Assembly (NCBI GenBank): GCA_964383915.1
Contig: CAYLJE010000001.1
Span: forward strand, 1,893 to 65,892
Reading direction: 5' to 3'
DNA from: an uncultured Rikenellaceae bacterium
GTDB lineage: Bacteria > Bacteroidota > Bacteroidia > Bacteroidales > VadinHA17
Length of the DNA stretch: 64,000 bases
In this document: piece after piece, positions 61,518 to 64,000 of the stretch
Layout: every line of letters starts with the position of its first letter
How positions within the stretch are numbered: the first letter of the stretch is position 1
Notes under the pieces: generated by a model
Seen by the model: the letters and a program-made list of their open reading frames with translations, nothing else
What the model was told of the DNA's origin: nothing
The model's database searches: none
Position numbers and translations under genes: made by a program

Positions 61518-62213
61518 TTAGCCTAATTCACTTAATATCTTTACAATATCAAGACTCGTAATTTTTACTTTTCTACCATCCAGTTTAATGATCTTGTCAT
61601 GCTTGAATTCGTTGATAGTGCGAATAAAACTCTCTTTAGTCGTCCCAGCCAACTCAGCCAGCTCATGACGTGTCAGCGGAAACTCAAATTCATACATATG
61701 ATAGATTTCTTCTGCAAAATAAAGAAGTACATCTGCAATCCTGCCCGGCAGTTGTTTGTGTGTCTGACTGTTCAGCCGGCTAAAAATATACAATGATTCT
61801 TTGCTTAAAATGCGTATCAGATCCATGGCAAAGCGTCCATTGGAAAGAACGATGTTATTAAATGTTCCGAAATCAATAATCAGGACAAGTGTATCTCCAA
61901 TAGCAGAGACAGAATACTGGTAAGTAACCCCGGCATAGAGTGTATCTAATCCGACAAAATGGTTTCCGGAGATTATTTTAAGGGTTACAGACCGGTTTGT
62001 CCCGTTTTCCTTATAGATTTTTACCAGGCCGGAAACAATATACATGATATGAGATGTACGTGTCTGCTGCCTGAATAGCATCCCTTTGCTTTCGTACCGA
62101 ACCAGACTGCTGTTTTGTATTAGGACCTCTTTTTCTTCTTTGGGGAAGTCCTTAAAAATCCAAGAGTTGTCCAGAACTTTGCTTATTTTAACATGTGATT
62201 CGGAGAAGTCCAT
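61518..62213 (-). CDS. Crp/Fnr family transcriptional regulator
   Basis: It has an N-terminal cNMP-binding-like beta-roll and a C-terminal HTH (TRHELAELAGTTKESFIRTINEF). The protein is 231 aa. Confidence 0.85.
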   Translation of the reverse strand: MDFSESHVKISKVLDNSWIFKDFPKEEKEVLIQNSSLVRYESKGMLFRQQTRTSHIMYIVSGLVKIYKENGTNRSVTLKIISGNHFVGLDTLYAGVTYQYSVSAIGDTLVLIIDFGTFNNIVLSNGRFAMDLIRILSKESLYIFSRLNSQTHKQLPGRIADVLLYFAEEIYHMYEFEFPLTRHELAELAGTTKESFIRTINEFKHDKIIKLDGRKVKITSLDIVKILSELG

Positions 62214-62357
62214 AATTTTAAAATACAGGATAAATATAAGAAATTTTTAATTAGATGATGTAATTGACCGAAAAAGGGTGATTTAAATCATCGATTTTAT
62301 TTCGAGGCACATATTTGTCATTATACCTTGCCAAAGTAATAAAAGAGGAGGGTGCGA

Positions 62358-62732
62358 GTGTCCGGGAAAAACATACTTGTAGTAGATGATTCTTCTACCA
62401 ATATTGTTTTGCTGAATGCCGTTTTGGCTCAATATGGCTATAATGTAATTTCAGCATTTAATGCCCGTGAAGCATATAAGCTGGTTGATAAACATAAACC
62501 CGATCTTATTTTACTAGACCTCCTGATGCCTGAAATCAGCGGGTTTGATTTTCTTGAAAAAATAAAAAAGGACAAGCATCTGAAGCAAATACCCGTTGTC
62601 ATTGTATCCGCTATTGGTTCCTCTGAAAATATTAAGGAAACAAAAAAACTCGGGGCGGTGGAATTTATATCCAAACCAGTAGATATTGAAGAACTACTGG
62701 GAACGATAACAAAATTACTACAGCGTTCGTAA
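62358..62732 (+). CDS. stand-alone response-regulator receiver protein (CheY-like)
   Basis: NILVVDD, DLILLDLLMPEISG and SKPV are present, with no output domain. The start must be GTG at 62352 or 62358 because a TAA lies in frame at 62340. I prefer 62358 because AGGAGG (62346-62351) sits 6 nt upstream of it. Confidence 0.8.
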   Translation: MSGKNILVVDDSSTNIVLLNAVLAQYGYNVISAFNAREAYKLVDKHKPDLILLDLLMPEISGFDFLEKIKKDKHLKQIPVVIVSAIGSSENIKETKKLGAVEFISKPVDIEELLGTITKLLQRS

Positions 62733-62884
62733 TTTTTTTTTATTAACTGAAAGAAATGTTTTATACATCCTTATTTTCATAAATACGAACAAGACCATTC
62801 GGGAAAGAATTAACAATTAATTAACATTGTATCATTTATTTGAATCGTTTATTTATTTTTACTTTGTTAAAAAAATAAAAATAA

Positions 62885-64000
62885 ATGCATACGTCATACC
62901 TTTTTATAGTCATTCTTCTCTTAGTGCTGGCTGTTTCCGACTTAATTGTAGGTGTCAGTAATGATGCAGTGAATTTCCTCAACTCATCCATTGGGGCCAA
63001 AGCAGCGTCTTTTCGTGTCATACTTATGGTCGCAGCTTTGGGGGTTTTGGTTGGTGCCACCTTTTCAAGTGGAATGATGGAGGTTGCACGTAAAGGTATT
63101 TTTCATCCGGAACATTTTTATTTTAATGAGATCATGTTACTGTTCCTGGCTGTTATGCTGACGGATGTGATCATGCTTGATTTTTTCAATACGTATGGCC
63201 TTCCGACATCCACAACCGTTTCTATCGTATTTGAACTCCTGGGGGCTGCCGTAGCTATCTCCATTATTAAAATAATCAGAAATCCTGCCGGGCCTCAGGA
63301 CCTTGGAACGTATATCAACTCCGGAAAAGCCCTTGCTATTATTACAGGAATTTTGTTTTCTATAGCCATCGCATTTGTCGTTGGGTCTATTATACAATAT
63401 ATTGTAAGATTGGTTTTTACGTTTAATTATGAACGTACTTTTAAGTATTTTGGAGCCTTGTGGGGTGGTTTTTCTTTTACAGCTATCACTTATTTTATTC
63501 TGATAAAAGGAGCCAAGGGTTCTTCTGTTATTACGCCGGAAACTCTTGAGTGGCTCGAAAGTCATACCCTGTTAATCCTTGGGATAAGTTTTATCGGATG
63601 GACTTTTATTCTTCAGTTTTTTTTAAGTTTTTTCAAGGTAGATATTCTGAAGTTTATTGTTCTTGTTGGGACTTTCGCCCTGGCCATGGCTTTTGCCGGA
63701 AACGACCTGGTAAACTTCATAGGCGTTCCGCTTGCCGGTGTGGAATCTTATCTTGATTTTATCCATTCGGGAGCTTCGGATCCAAATAGTTATTTAATGA
63801 CTGCTCTCGCCGGCCCTGTTAAAACCCCTACGCTTTACCTGTTACTGGCTGGAGTAATTATGATATTTACAATGGCTTTTTCCAAAAAAGCGAGGACAGT
63901 TACAGCTACCACCATCGATCTTAGCCGACAGGAAGAGGGCCAGGAACGGTTCGAATCTTCTTTTATCGCCCGTACCATTGTCAGACAAACCGTCGGCATT
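62885..64000 (+). CDS. inorganic phosphate transporter (PiT/PHO4 family), N-terminal part running off the window end
   Basis: An open frame of 372 codons runs from the ATG at 62885 to the window edge with no stop. Both PiT signatures are present (GVSNDAVNF and AGNDLVNFIG). It is not in the ORF track because it has no stop codon in the window. Confidence 0.85.
   Translation, partial: MHTSYLFIVILLLVLAVSDLIVGVSNDAVNFLNSSIGAKAASFRVILMVAALGVLVGATFSSGMMEVARKGIFHPEHFYFNEIMLLFLAVMLTDVIMLDFFNTYGLPTSTTVSIVFELLGAAVAISIIKIIRNPAGPQDLGTYINSGKALAIITGILFSIAIAFVVGSIIQYIVRLVFTFNYERTFKYFGALWGGFSFTAITYFILIKGAKGSSVITPETLEWLESHTLLILGISFIGWTFILQFFLSFFKVDILKFIVLVGTFALAMAFAGNDLVNFIGVPLAGVESYLDFIHSGASDPNSYLMTALAGPVKTPTLYLLLAGVIMIFTMAFSKKARTVTATTIDLSRQEEGQERFESSFIARTIVRQTVGI

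Noticed and set aside
63948-63957. GGTTCGAATC, a tRNA T-loop-like string
   Set aside because: It lies in frame inside the PiT transporter CDS, and no acceptor or anticodon stem can be drawn around it.

Overview
This 64-kb window looks like chromosomal DNA from a Bacteroidota (Bacteroidales-like) anaerobe. Three things support that: a 286-aa primary sigma factor, many perfect TAnnTTTG -7 promoter boxes 20-45 nt upstream of start codons, and GH92/GH38 mannosidases plus a CarboxypepD_reg-type TonB receptor, DUF4293 and DUF5916. Coding density is high and most genes are housekeeping: dapF, rpoD, uvrB, pyrBI, gyrB, xylBA plus a sugar porter, rocD, ggt, ftsE and a PiT phosphate transporter. I found no rRNA, tRNA, CRISPR array, integrase, transposase or recognisable defence genes.

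The less ordinary parts are:
1. A LacI-headed mannoside locus without SusC/D (15.9-27.2 kb). It holds GH38, an 892-aa lipoprotein with a transglutaminase core that resembles eukaryotic PNGase, GH92, an orphan basic protein, and a heavily deleted, frameshifted second GH92.
2. A membrane-anchored LytTR regulator followed by an array of CATTTcATCCCT-like boxes in exact 20-bp register, just upstream of the promoter of a nitronate-monooxygenase/FabK-like gene.
3. A five-gene pta / hbd-like / ackA / ptb / buk cluster, divergent from a YdiJ-like FAD/Fe-S oxidoreductase.
4. A nitroreductase pseudogene that is absent from the ORF track.
5. Three GC-rich stem-loops in an AT-rich spacer near 61.3-61.4 kb.
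6. An AT-rich orphan gene with a tandem 10-bp repeat in its promoter.

All functional calls come from reading motifs by eye and from remembered family signatures. No database search was run.
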